A stretch of DNA of 32,000 nucleotides from Nostoc sp. PCC 7120 = FACHB-418 (GCF_000009705.1 NC_003272.1:1-32000), one strand, 5' to 3'; counted from the stretch's first letter, positions 10,130-21,220 are shown. A program made the numbers and translations. The notes: generated by a model from the letters alone, not told the origin.

Positions 10130-11329
10130 TTATGAGGCATAGCCCTTTGCACCAGGTATCAGCATAACTAACTGTTGCTGAATTAAGCTTCTAACCTCAT
10201 CTAAGCTTAACTGCACACTCACCAAAATCTCCGCTACGGTAGAATTGCCGTCACATTTTTGTAAAAACTCAAACTCTAATGCTGACAAATTCACAATTTG
10301 GTAATCGTAATTAAATATACATTGACTGGGAAATCCATCGATACAAGGGTTTAGTTCGGGAATTGCTTGTAGTAGGGCGTTATCATTTGACCAGTCAGCT
10401 TTTTTGATAGGTGGACGACCAAGGAAAAATTCGTAATGGGTGACTTCTGGGTCTAGTAATTCTATTAAACGATAGCGTTGGCGATCGCTCAATTTTTCAG
10501 ATCGTTCTATTAACTCTGGTGCTTTCCCCAACAACCTGTCTAAGTTCCAAAAACTTGGATTTGAGAAGCCGATAAACTCTAAGCCTGAAGCATCAATCAA
10601 TTCAAACAGTGTATCAATGTTGTAGTCCACCTCTTGGGGATGAACGTACATATCAGCAAAGCATTCATCCCGTTGGTTTTCCATTGCCCAACGTTCTTTT
10701 TCTCGCTTGACAAGGCGGTTATTTTCTGGTAAAGAAGCAAATATTTTTCGTCCGACTTGCACACCATCACGGTAATCGCCTTGCTTTTCATTTTGCAGGA
10801 GAGCGATCGCTTTTTGCATTAATTGTATTTCTCTGCGTCCCAATTCCCCATACACAAAAATGTGCATCAAGCCACCAGGAGCTAACTTTTTCGCTAAGGC
10901 TTGAATGCCACGAATGGGGTCTGGTAAGTGATGCAGCACACCTACACAGTTAATTAAATCAAACTCACCCGGTAACTGTTCCACATCGTACAAACTCAGG
11001 TGATGAAACTCGACGCGATTTGCACCAGAACGCTGACAACGTACTTTAGCTACTGCTAAAGTACCTGCACTTAAATCAATCCCGACTACTTGCGCTTGGG
11101 GGTTGAGATGTACCAAATATTCTGTCCCCACACCTGAACCACACCCAGCGTCTAAAATGCGGATATCTTGTTTTGCCGGTTTGCGTCCAGTACAAAAACT
11201 GTGAGCAGCCAACCAATTCCAGCGCCAATTGTAACCAGGAGGCGGTTCATCTAGTATCGGTTCTGGTGGGAAGGGGTATGTATCGTAGAGTTTGGCTACA
11301 GCACTACTAACAGCTTGGGGGTCGGACAT
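10130..11329 (-). CDS. Class I SAM-dependent methyltransferase with a C-terminal extension
   Basis: 399 aa. Motif I ILDAGCGSGVGTEYL, then DLINCVGVLHHL and LAPGGLMHIFVY, are typical of Methyltransf_11/25-type folds. Confidence 0.8.
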   Translation of the reverse strand: MSDPQAVSSAVAKLYDTYPFPPEPILDEPPPGYNWRWNWLAAHSFCTGRKPAKQDIRILDAGCGSGVGTEYLVHLNPQAQVVGIDLSAGTLAVAKVRCQRSGANRVEFHHLSLYDVEQLPGEFDLINCVGVLHHLPDPIRGIQALAKKLAPGGLMHIFVYGELGRREIQLMQKAIALLQNEKQGDYRDGVQVGRKIFASLPENNRLVKREKERWAMENQRDECFADMYVHPQEVDYNIDTLFELIDASGLEFIGFSNPSFWNLDRLLGKAPELIERSEKLSDRQRYRLIELLDPEVTHYEFFLGRPPIKKADWSNDNALLQAIPELNPCIDGFPSQCIFNYDYQIVNLSALEFEFLQKCDGNSTVAEILVSVQLSLDEVRSLIQQQLVMLIPGAKGYAS

Positions 11330-11559
11330 GATGAGGAAGAATGCAGTATTCCTGAGTTTACCGGATAGGGGTAATTAGAGCAAAGGTTGATATTCTCAGA
11401 AAGTAGAAGATTTAAAGCTAAAAAGGGATTAAAAATATTACTAACAATCACTCTCAGCTAATTGTTGGCGAAGGAAGAGTAGGTACTTATGGAGACTTAC
11501 TTAAATTTGGACGCAGGGGTGACAACCTAACCCCGCATCATATACCATCTAATGCTTTT

Positions 11560-11850
11560 ATGACAGCCAAAGTTCCGGGTTATACAACAGACCAAGGTTT
11601 TGCCATCATGATGGAACATTTATCACCTGGAAAAGGAGGTCGTCATCGACAAACCATTTCTTATGGCAAATCACCTAATTTAGGTTTATCGCCTAGAGAA
11701 GTATTAGCAATAGAAATTTGGGATGTGCGTTCTATTTACCTTCGTCATAATTTGTACAATAAATATATCCGTGAAAGCCTACAAATATTAATTAGATTGA
11801 ATCAATTAAAATGGAGAGGTCTTTTTGATAAAGGAAATACAACGTTATGA
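11560..11850 (+). CDS. Orphan C-terminal toxin module, possibly an xHH-type HNH/EndoVII-fold nuclease
   Basis: 96-aa ORF. The same frame is open without a start codon back to 11422 and there reads ...GEGRVGTYGDLLKFGRRGDNLTPHHIPSNAF-M. The D-x-L-x-P-HH-IP signature resembles AHH/LHH/SHH polymorphic-toxin nucleases. The protein is basic, and its stop overlaps the next gene's start (ATGA). Confidence 0.35.
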   Translation: MTAKVPGYTTDQGFAIMMEHLSPGKGGRHRQTISYGKSPNLGLSPREVLAIEIWDVRSIYLRHNLYNKYIRESLQILIRLNQLKWRGLFDKGNTTL

Positions 11851-12275
11851 ATCAAGCTGAGTTAATAGCGATTTTAAAAGATAATTGTCTGATGCAAACG
11901 GAAGAAGAAACTGACAGGTTTGAAAATGCTTTAAATGAACTGTTGGAAAATGGAGATGAGCAATTTTTGTCTCAATATCATTTAATTTTAGATGATAATT
12001 GTCAACAGTCAGAAGTGATGTTTGGCTTAGTTCATTTTTTGGAATCTTTTGATGTTGAAAAACAAATCTCAGCGTTTATTAATGTTGTTCCTCAATTAAT
12101 GATTAATGCTCCTGAATGGGCAAGAATTATACATGATCGAATTTTAAATGATGAATTAGCTTGTCAGGTTTATGACAAGCTTTTACATTCCGTCAATACA
12201 GAAACGCCTCATTTTATTTATTCCTTATTAGAAGCCAGTATTATTAATCATCAAAATGAGCAAGACAATAGTTAA
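11847..12275 (+). CDS. Putative cognate immunity protein (acidic, all-alpha)
   Basis: 142 aa with a 4-bp overlap onto the upstream toxin-like ORF. Strongly acidic (many D/E, few K/R), as is typical of nuclease inhibitors. No family recognised with certainty. Confidence 0.45.
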   Translation: MNQAELIAILKDNCLMQTEEETDRFENALNELLENGDEQFLSQYHLILDDNCQQSEVMFGLVHFLESFDVEKQISAFINVVPQLMINAPEWARIIHDRILNDELACQVYDKLLHSVNTETPHFIYSLLEASIINHQNEQDNS

Positions 12276-12727
12276 AGTGAATTGCAAATTAGCTAATTTT
12301 TTAGTTGAAATTAATTTCTAAAAAGTGTGATATTGGAGTAGCTTATAAAAGCGATCGCTCAGTTTGTTCGTCATTTCTTCCGGTAATGCTAGCTGATACA
12401 CTAAAATAATATCTAATTAACTTACTTCAGTTTCTGGGGATAGCTGAATTTGTAACATTCCATTTTTGCCGATGCGCGATCGTACTCTTATAGATTGCAT
12501 CATTATTTATCCTAATTTATCCTAGATTCCATTTTTTAAAAGATTCTATAAAATACATACAAAGAGCAGCAATAGTATTTGCTGTTCTATCTACATCTTC
12601 ATTACTCATAAAAAGCCACCCGCTAGGATATAGTCCTAACCAAGTAGATAGATTTATTGTATATGAACCAACTCTAATTTCTGTGTTTCCCTCATCTAAT
12701 CTAAGAGACCATTTATAAAGTAAATCT

Positions 12728-13168
12728 TTAGACGACTAGACGACGTAGCATAATACGAGTCATAACGGCATATATGGCAGCCTCACTCATTTCTGGGAGA
12801 CGCTCATAATCCTTACTGAGACGACGGTACTGGTTTAACCAGCCAAATGTTCTTTCTACTACCCACCGTTTGGGCAAAACCTGAAATTCTTGATTAGTAC
12901 GCCGGATTACCTCAACATGAGCTTGAATCATCAGCCAAACAGAGAGCGCAAATTTATCACCGTCATAGCCGGAATCAACCCAGATGACTTCAACTTTTTC
13001 CAGTAATTCTGGACGCTCTTCTAACAGTTCCATCAAAGTATAGGCGGCAAGTAATCTTTCTCCAGCATTTGCTTCACTTACAACCACTTTTAACAAAAGT
13101 CCCAGACTATCAACCAAAGTTTGCCGCTTTCGTCCTTTTACCTTCTTGCCACCATCAAAACCGTACAC
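12728..13168 (-). CDS. IS5-family transposase orfB (DDE catalytic part)
   Basis: GFDGGKKVKGRKRQTLVD ... VDSGYDGDKF ... RWVVERTFGWLNQYRRLSKDYE is the DDE_Tnp_1 signature. The frame is -1 relative to orfA. Confidence 0.85.
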   Translation of the reverse strand: MYGFDGGKKVKGRKRQTLVDSLGLLLKVVVSEANAGERLLAAYTLMELLEERPELLEKVEVIWVDSGYDGDKFALSVWLMIQAHVEVIRRTNQEFQVLPKRWVVERTFGWLNQYRRLSKDYERLPEMSEAAIYAVMTRIMLRRLVV

Positions 13169-13521
13169 ATCCCCCTTTTTTCAGTCGTTTTTACCGACTG
13201 GCTGTCTGCCGCGATCGCCGTGGGTTGAGTTGACTTCCCCATTTTTTGACGAACTTGATCGCGCAAAGTATGATTCATTTGCTCCCAGATACCTCGTTTT
13301 TGCCATTTACGATAGTAGCTGTAAACAGTTGAACTAGGAGGAAAATCCCCTGGAAGCATATCCCACTGACAACCTGTTTTCAGATGGTAGTAGATAGCGT
13401 TGCATACTTCTCGCATATCAGTTGTTCGGGGATGCCCACCGCATTTAGCGGGTGGAATCAAAGGAGCTAAAATTGCCCATTCTGAGTCATTAAGGTCTGT
13501 AGAATAAGACTTTCGTCTCAT
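13138..13521 (-). CDS. IS5-family transposase orfA (DNA-binding N-terminal part)
   Basis: YSTDLNDSEWAILAPLIPPAKCGGHPRTTDMREVCNAIYYHLKTGCQWDMLPGDFPPSSTVYSYYRKWQKRGIWE is the typical DUF4096-type N-terminus of IS5-family transposases. Confidence 0.85.
   Translation of the reverse strand: MRRKSYSTDLNDSEWAILAPLIPPAKCGGHPRTTDMREVCNAIYYHLKTGCQWDMLPGDFPPSSTVYSYYRKWQKRGIWEQMNHTLRDQVRQKMGKSTQPTAIAADSQSVKTTEKRGMCTVLMVARR
13171..13182 (-). promoter_or_regulatory. Programmed -1 ribosomal frameshift site (A6G)
   Basis: The minus strand reads GAA AAA AGG GGG in the orfA frame. A -1 slip on the A-run continues as AAG GGG GAT GTG TAC GGT and yields ...TTEKKGDVYGFDGGKKVKGRKR, the expected OrfAB fusion junction. 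Confidence 0.7.
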
Positions 13522-13599
13522 TGTTTCCTATGTAAATACACTCTACAAACAGTATCTTATCGCTGCCTTTTTATCTGATAGCTCTCCTTTAGATTTACT

Positions 13600-14121
13600 T
13601 TATAAATAGCCTCTAAAGATTGAATGGGAGTAATAATAACCGTAACCATCTTCAAAATCTATAAATGTGCTAACTTTCCAAGTATCAGATATTTGCGTAT
13701 CGAAACAAATATCTGCATAAAAAACTGGTTGTAATATTTCCATTAGTGCCTTTTTAATTGATTTTCTTAATTGAGAATTTGGATATTTATTAAATATTTT
13801 TTCTTGTTTTAGAATCTTTTTTCTTAAAACAGGATTATTTTCAGATATTTCAAAACGTTGTAATATTGCTTTTTCCTCTTCAGTCATTTTTTCGTCCATA
13901 AATTCAAATAATTGAATTTCAGACATCTTTACAAGTATTGGTAGTATCTGAGATTGATCCTCTTGAGAAAGAGTTTGTATTGCTGCAAGTGCTGTTCTTA
14001 CAGAATAAGAGTTCATCTGTGATAGACGCTCAAAACCAGATTCATACTCTTTTTGTGCTTCTTGTAATCGCCATTGATAATATCTTGGCTCAAATATATT
14101 ACAAAATAATTGGTGCTTCAT
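13600..14121 (-). CDS. AT-rich hypothetical protein (orphan)
   Basis: ORF track gives 13600..14169. The first 16 codons translate a 21-bp tandem duplication (IYITTIK x2), so the ATG at 14121 (MKHQLFCNIF...) is the more plausible start. No family recognised. The stop codon lies inside the IS5 terminal repeat/target palindrome. Confidence 0.5.
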   Translation of the reverse strand: MKHQLFCNIFEPRYYQWRLQEAQKEYESGFERLSQMNSYSVRTALAAIQTLSQEDQSQILPILVKMSEIQLFEFMDEKMTEEEKAILQRFEISENNPVLRKKILKQEKIFNKYPNSQLRKSIKKALMEILQPVFYADICFDTQISDTWKVSTFIDFEDGYGYYYSHSIFRGYL

Positions 14122-14125
14122 AATT

Positions 14126-14167
14126 TTAATAGTTGTTATATAAATCTTAATAGTTGTTATATAAATC
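14126..14167. repeat. Perfect 21-bp tandem duplication
   Basis: TTAATAGTTGTTATATAAATC occurs at 14126-14146 and again at 14147-14167, immediately upstream of the ATG at 14121. Confidence 0.9.
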
Positions 14168-14318
14168 AATGAATTTACAGGTTTTATAATAAGTCGTTAT
14201 TTCTTACCATTAGTTTTCAAATTAGTGCGAAAGAGTTTAGTACAAAGTTTTATAGCGTTTACCAGTATAATGAAGTACACTAATTAAAATAAATCAGTGT
14301 ATCTATTCAAGGGTAAAA

Positions 14319-14714
14319 ATGAAAGCATATTCCCTCGACTTTCGCCAAAAAATATTTGATACATATAAGACAGGTGGAATATCACAACGTCAATTAGCAA
14401 ACAAATTTTGTGTCAGTTTAGGTTTTATTGAGAAATTACTAAAGCAATATAGAGAAACAGCAAGTATCGCTCCTAAAGTTAGGACAAAACAAACTCCTCC
14501 AAAGCTCAACGAAGAACAAATGAAGATTCTTGAAGAAATAGTTGAAGCTAAGAATGATTTGACTTTATCAGAAATTCGCTTCATTCTCAAAGAAAAAACA
14601 GGAATAACAATTGGTATATCTACGGTAGATAGGATGTTACAGAGGATAGAAATAAGCCTTAAAAAAAAACATTGCACGCCTCAGAAAAAGAGACTGAAAG
14701 AGTTCAATTATTAA
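14319..14714 (+). CDS. IS630-family transposase, N-terminal HTH part
   Basis: MKAYSLDFRQKIFDTYKTGGISQRQLANKFCVSLGFIEKLLKQYRETASIAPK is the paired-like HTH typical of IS630 transposases. The frame leaves the expected sequence at the A9 run. Confidence 0.85.
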   Translation: MKAYSLDFRQKIFDTYKTGGISQRQLANKFCVSLGFIEKLLKQYRETASIAPKVRTKQTPPKLNEEQMKILEEIVEAKNDLTLSEIRFILKEKTGITIGISTVDRMLQRIEISLKKKHCTPQKKRLKEFNY

Positions 14715-15274
14715 GAGTACAATTCTGGCTACAACTTCAGGGGATACTAGCTGAAAACCTTGTCTTTCTTGACGAAGCAGGAGCTAATCTATCTTTAATA
14801 AGGCACTCCGCTCGTTCTAAAAAAGGTAAAAGAGCCTATGGCTGTCGACCTCAAAAACGCCATCAAAATGTCTCTATAATTGGAGCAATTGCTCTCAAAG
14901 GCGTGATTAGTCAATATAGTATTTTAGGAGCATCTGACGGTCTGACATTTGAGGCTTACATTTCTCAAAAATTAGTTCCCAAGCTGTGGGAGGCGGCTTG
15001 TGTAATCATGGATAATTGTTCAATTCATAAAGGTGGTGATATTGAGAAATTAATCGAATCTGCTGGAGCTAAATTGATTTATTTGCCACCATATTCTCCT
15101 GATTTCTCACCAATTGAAAACTGTTGGTCAAAAATTAAAAATTTCCTACGTTCTATTGAAGCTAGAAGTTACCCAGACTTAGCAAAAGCAATTGAAAGTG
15201 CTTTTAATCAAGTCTCGCTAAATGATATTTATAATTGGTTTACCCATTCTTGTTACTGTACTTCACCAGACTGA
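14672..15274 (+). CDS. IS630-family transposase, DDE catalytic part
   Basis: VFLDEAGANL ... VIMDNCSIHKG ... LPPYSPDFSPIENCWSKIK is the DDE_3 signature. The frame is -1 relative to the N-terminal ORF and reads KKTLHASEK across the junction. Confidence 0.85.
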   Translation: MHASEKETERVQLLRVQFWLQLQGILAENLVFLDEAGANLSLIRHSARSKKGKRAYGCRPQKRHQNVSIIGAIALKGVISQYSILGASDGLTFEAYISQKLVPKLWEAACVIMDNCSIHKGGDIEKLIESAGAKLIYLPPYSPDFSPIENCWSKIKNFLRSIEARSYPDLAKAIESAFNQVSLNDIYNWFTHSCYCTSPD

Positions 15275-15741
15275 GAAACGCTATATATATTGATAATATT
15301 GTTTTAGCGCGCTCTCATGATTTACGACCAGTCTGAGTTTGATTTGCGTTATTCATGTGGACTTTAGGTAATATATAATACTAAATATTTTGGGTTAAGG
15401 GAACTTAAGGAGGGATTTTTACCCAATCCCCAGTACCCAGTAGCTTGATTTTTATGCTCAAATAAAATTAGAGAACCAAAGCAAATTAGAACTTTTTTGG
15501 CAGATTTGTTAAAGAACGTAACAAAAATTAGATTTTGTCTCCGCCCTGAAAGAGTATGTACTTCTGAAAATACAGGGGTTGAGGCTAGAAAATCTACATA
15601 CTTCTTAATAAATCACCAGCGTCAACGCAAAACGTTCTAATCTAAAAGCTGACTGGGTTAATTTTACTGGCAGTTTTGAAGGCGTTATTTGTAAATCATA
15701 GGTACACCCATGTGTCAAGCCTCAAAGCGACCCAGACTTAA

Positions 15742-19176
<3,435 letters not shown>

Positions 19177-19183
19177 TTTTTAG

Positions 19184-19323
19184 GACTGGGTACTGGGTAC
19201 TGGGTACTGGGAAAGAATTTTTCCTATACCCAGTCTCAGTTTAGGAACTGGGGATTAGGGACTGGGGATTAGGGATTGGGAAAGAATTTTCCTATACCCA
19301 GTCCCCGGTACCCAATCCCTAGT
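19184..19323. repeat. STRR1-like heptamer arrays plus a duplicated 26-bp hairpin unit
   Basis: (G/T)ACTGGG x4 (19184-19211). GGGAAAGAATTTT(T)CCTATACCCAGTC occurs twice (19209-19235 and 19278-19303). ACTGGGGATTAGGG x2 lies between them. ACTGGGTA/TACCCAGT stems sit directly after the apcE stop, so this is probably a terminator or RNA-end structure. Confidence 0.8.
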
Positions 19324-19614
19324 ATTGCTGTGACTATTGTTGAGATCGCAGTAAATCTGAAACAAATATTACAAACTGTTAAGAGCAGTCATAAATGCTC
19401 AACAGAATGCCGGAGAATATTTTGCGGAAGGTCACTGAGTTTTAAAGCTTGTGTAGTTGTATTAACTCAAGCGAACTTGTATTGTAGTCACAATAGCAGT
19501 CACTTCTTTTACTGCTGTGTCTACAAGGCGAGAGTTAATTCTCAGTCACCCAAATTTAAAATCGCACCAGTTTAATCAAATTCTGGTTTCATTTCGTACT
19601 GGAGGAATCCATTA

Positions 19615-20100
19615 ATGAGTATCGTCACGAAGTCCATCGTGAATGCTGATGCAGAAGCCCGCTACCTCAGCCCTGGCGAATTAGATCGGATCAAGAGCTT
19701 CGTCGCTGGTGGCCAACAACGCCTCCGCATTGCTCAAGCTTTGACCGACAACCGCGAACGTTTGGTTAAGCAAGCTGGCGACCAATTGTTCCAAAAGCGC
19801 CCTGATGTTGTTTCTCCTGGTGGTAACGCTTACGGTCAAGAAATGACAGCTACCTGTCTGCGTGACCTAGACTACTACCTCCGTCTTGTTACCTACGGAA
19901 TTGTTGCTGGCGACGTTACTCCTATTGAAGAAATTGGCGTAATCGGTGTTCGTGAAATGTACAAGTCCCTCGGCACTCCTATCGAGGCAGTTGGTGAAGG
20001 TGTACGTGCATTGAAAAATGCTGCTTCCACCCTTCTGTCTGCTGAAGATGCTGCTGAAGCTGGCTCTTACTTTGACTACGTAGTAGGTGCGTTGCAGTAG
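19615..20100 (+). CDS. apcA: Allophycocyanin alpha subunit
   Basis: 161 aa. [30 protein letters not shown] ... [31 protein letters not shown] ribosome-binding site lies 7 nt upstream. Confidence 0.97.
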   Translation: MSIVTKSIVNADAEARYLSPGELDRIKSFVAGGQQRLRIAQALTDNRERLVKQAGDQLFQKRPDVVSPGGNAYGQEMTATCLRDLDYYLRLVTYGIVAGDVTPIEEIGVIGVREMYKSLGTPIEAVGEGVRALKNAASTLLSAEDAAEAGSYFDYVVGALQ

Positions 20101-20165
20101 GGTGCAGCTGTTTCCCTGCTGAAACTGGAATATTGCAATAAGGTTGGAAATAAGGAACTAACAAC

Positions 20166-20654
20166 ATGGCTCAAGATGCAATCACCGCCGTCATTAATTC
20201 TGCTGACGTGCAAGGTAAGTACCTCGATACCGCAGCTTTAGAAAAGCTCAAAGCTTACTTCTCCACTGGCGAACTGCGCGTACGTGCAGCTACAACAATC
20301 AGCGCTAACGCAGCTGCGATTGTTAAAGAAGCTGTAGCTAAATCTTTGTTGTACTCTGATATCACCCGTCCCGGTGGTAATATGTACACAACCCGTCGTT
20401 ATGCAGCTTGTATCCGTGACTTGGATTACTACCTGCGTTACGCTACCTACGCTATGCTAGCTGGCGATCCTTCCATCCTAGATGAGCGTGTATTGAACGG
20501 TTTGAAAGAAACCTACAACTCCTTGGGTGTACCCGTTGGCGCTACTGTACAAGCTATCCAAGCTATCAAAGAAGTAACCGCTAGCTTAGTTGGTGCTGAT
20601 GCTGGTAAAGAAATGGGTATCTACCTAGACTATATCTCCTCTGGCTTGAGCTAG
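20166..20654 (+). CDS. apcB: Allophycocyanin beta subunit
   Basis: 162 aa. [21 protein letters not shown] ... [23 protein letters not shown]. Confidence 0.97.
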   Translation: MAQDAITAVINSADVQGKYLDTAALEKLKAYFSTGELRVRAATTISANAAAIVKEAVAKSLLYSDITRPGGNMYTTRRYAACIRDLDYYLRYATYAMLAGDPSILDERVLNGLKETYNSLGVPVGATVQAIQAIKEVTASLVGADAGKEMGIYLDYISSGLS

Positions 20655-20663
20655 AAGCTTTTT

Positions 20664-20686
20664 CGCACTTAGTTATTTTAAGTGCG
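20664..20686 (+). promoter_or_regulatory. Stem-loop after apcB (partial terminator or mRNA-stabilising hairpin)
   Basis: CGCACTTA (20664-20671) pairs with TAAGTGCG (20679-20686) around a 7-nt loop. No U-tract follows. It sits 10 nt after the apcB stop. Confidence 0.5.
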
Positions 20687-20869
20687 GCTTGATGAAGGTC
20701 TGGAAATCAATCGTGAGTGCTAGGACGTTCTATTGCTTACATTGATGAGTATTAGCGGTCTGGTATTGATGCTTGATTTCCAGCCTTGGAATGATTAATT
20801 AATTAATTTGCGCTCAAGATTTTTTGAGATAAAGAATTTTTCCAAAATACTGATAGGAGATTTCAAATT

Positions 20870-21076
20870 ATGTCCCGTTTGTTTAAAATTACAGCGCTTG
20901 TTCCTAGCCTCAGCAGAACCCGTACCCAACGCGAACTACAAAACACCTACTTTACCAAGTTGGTTCCTTATGAAAACTGGTTCCGCGAACAACAGCGCAT
21001 TCAAAAAGCAGGGGGCAAAATTATCAAAGTGGAACTCGCAACTGGTAAGCAAGGTACTAATGCTGGGTTGCAGTAA
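20870..21076 (+). CDS. apcC: Phycobilisome core linker LC7.8
   Basis: 68 aa. MSRLFKITALVPSLSRTRTQRELQNTYFTKLVPYENWFREQQRIQKAGGKIIKVELATG is the CpcD-like small core linker. A GGAG ribosome-binding site lies upstream. Confidence 0.95.
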   Translation: MSRLFKITALVPSLSRTRTQRELQNTYFTKLVPYENWFREQQRIQKAGGKIIKVELATGKQGTNAGLQ

Positions 21077-21111
21077 TTCCTATAGGCCGAAAATTATTAT
21101 AGTTAAGTTAT

Positions 21112-21139
21112 GAGAGGGGTCTGTTTAGACCTCTTTTTT
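21112..21139 (+). terminator. Rho-independent terminator of the apc operon
   Basis: GAGAGGGGTC-TGTTTA-GACCTC followed by TTTTTTC. Confidence 0.8.
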
Positions 21140-21220
21140 CATTCTCTGTGTCTGTTTTGAGAGGAGTTTTGAAACGCGGAGGGGCGCAGAGGTTTAACTT
21201 AATTAAGTGAGGCTTGGTTT

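Larger units (their letters stand above)
12712..13606 (-). mobile_element. IS5-family insertion sequence (IS427/IS1031-like, two-ORF type)
   Basis: A 16-bp perfect terminal inverted repeat: TTTATAAAGTAAATCT (12712-12727) and AGATTTACTTTATAAA (13591-13606). The outer 8 bp TTTATAAA are themselves palindromic, so the true ends may be 12720/13598 with an 8-bp duplication, or intermediate with a TA/TATA duplication. Encloses orfA and orfB. Confidence 0.85.
14253..15283 (+). mobile_element. IS630-family (Tc1/mariner-like) insertion sequence
   Basis: Imperfect 29-bp terminal inverted repeats (23/29). The left end is TATAGCGTTTACCAGTATAATGAAGTACA. The complement of the right end is TATAGCGTTTCTCAGTCTGGTGAAGTACA. 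The element TAGCGTTT...AAACGCTA is flanked by TA on both sides (14251-52 and 15284-85), which is the IS630 target duplication. Confidence 0.85.

Noticed and set aside
10597-14677. ORFs 10597..10791, 13146..13337, 13938..14123 and 14390..14677
   Set aside because: They are alternative-frame or antisense ORFs within the methyltransferase, the IS5 transposase, the 189-aa orphan and the IS630 transposase respectively. They are short and have no features of their own.
12712-15283. Composite transposon formed by the two IS elements around the 189-aa gene
   Set aside because: The flanking elements belong to unrelated families (IS5-like and IS630-like), with different terminal repeats and transposases. 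They cannot mobilise the intervening DNA as a unit.
19276-19575. 99-aa ORF in the apcE-apcA spacer
   Set aside because: It starts inside the STRR/hairpin repeats, is Cys-rich with odd composition, and occupies the region expected to hold the apcA promoter and 5-prime UTR.
20808-21113. 101-aa ORF overlapping apcC
   Set aside because: It is an alternative frame of the same strand as apcC. The 68-aa frame gives the canonical LC7.8 linker sequence with a good ribosome-binding site, and this frame gives nothing recognisable.
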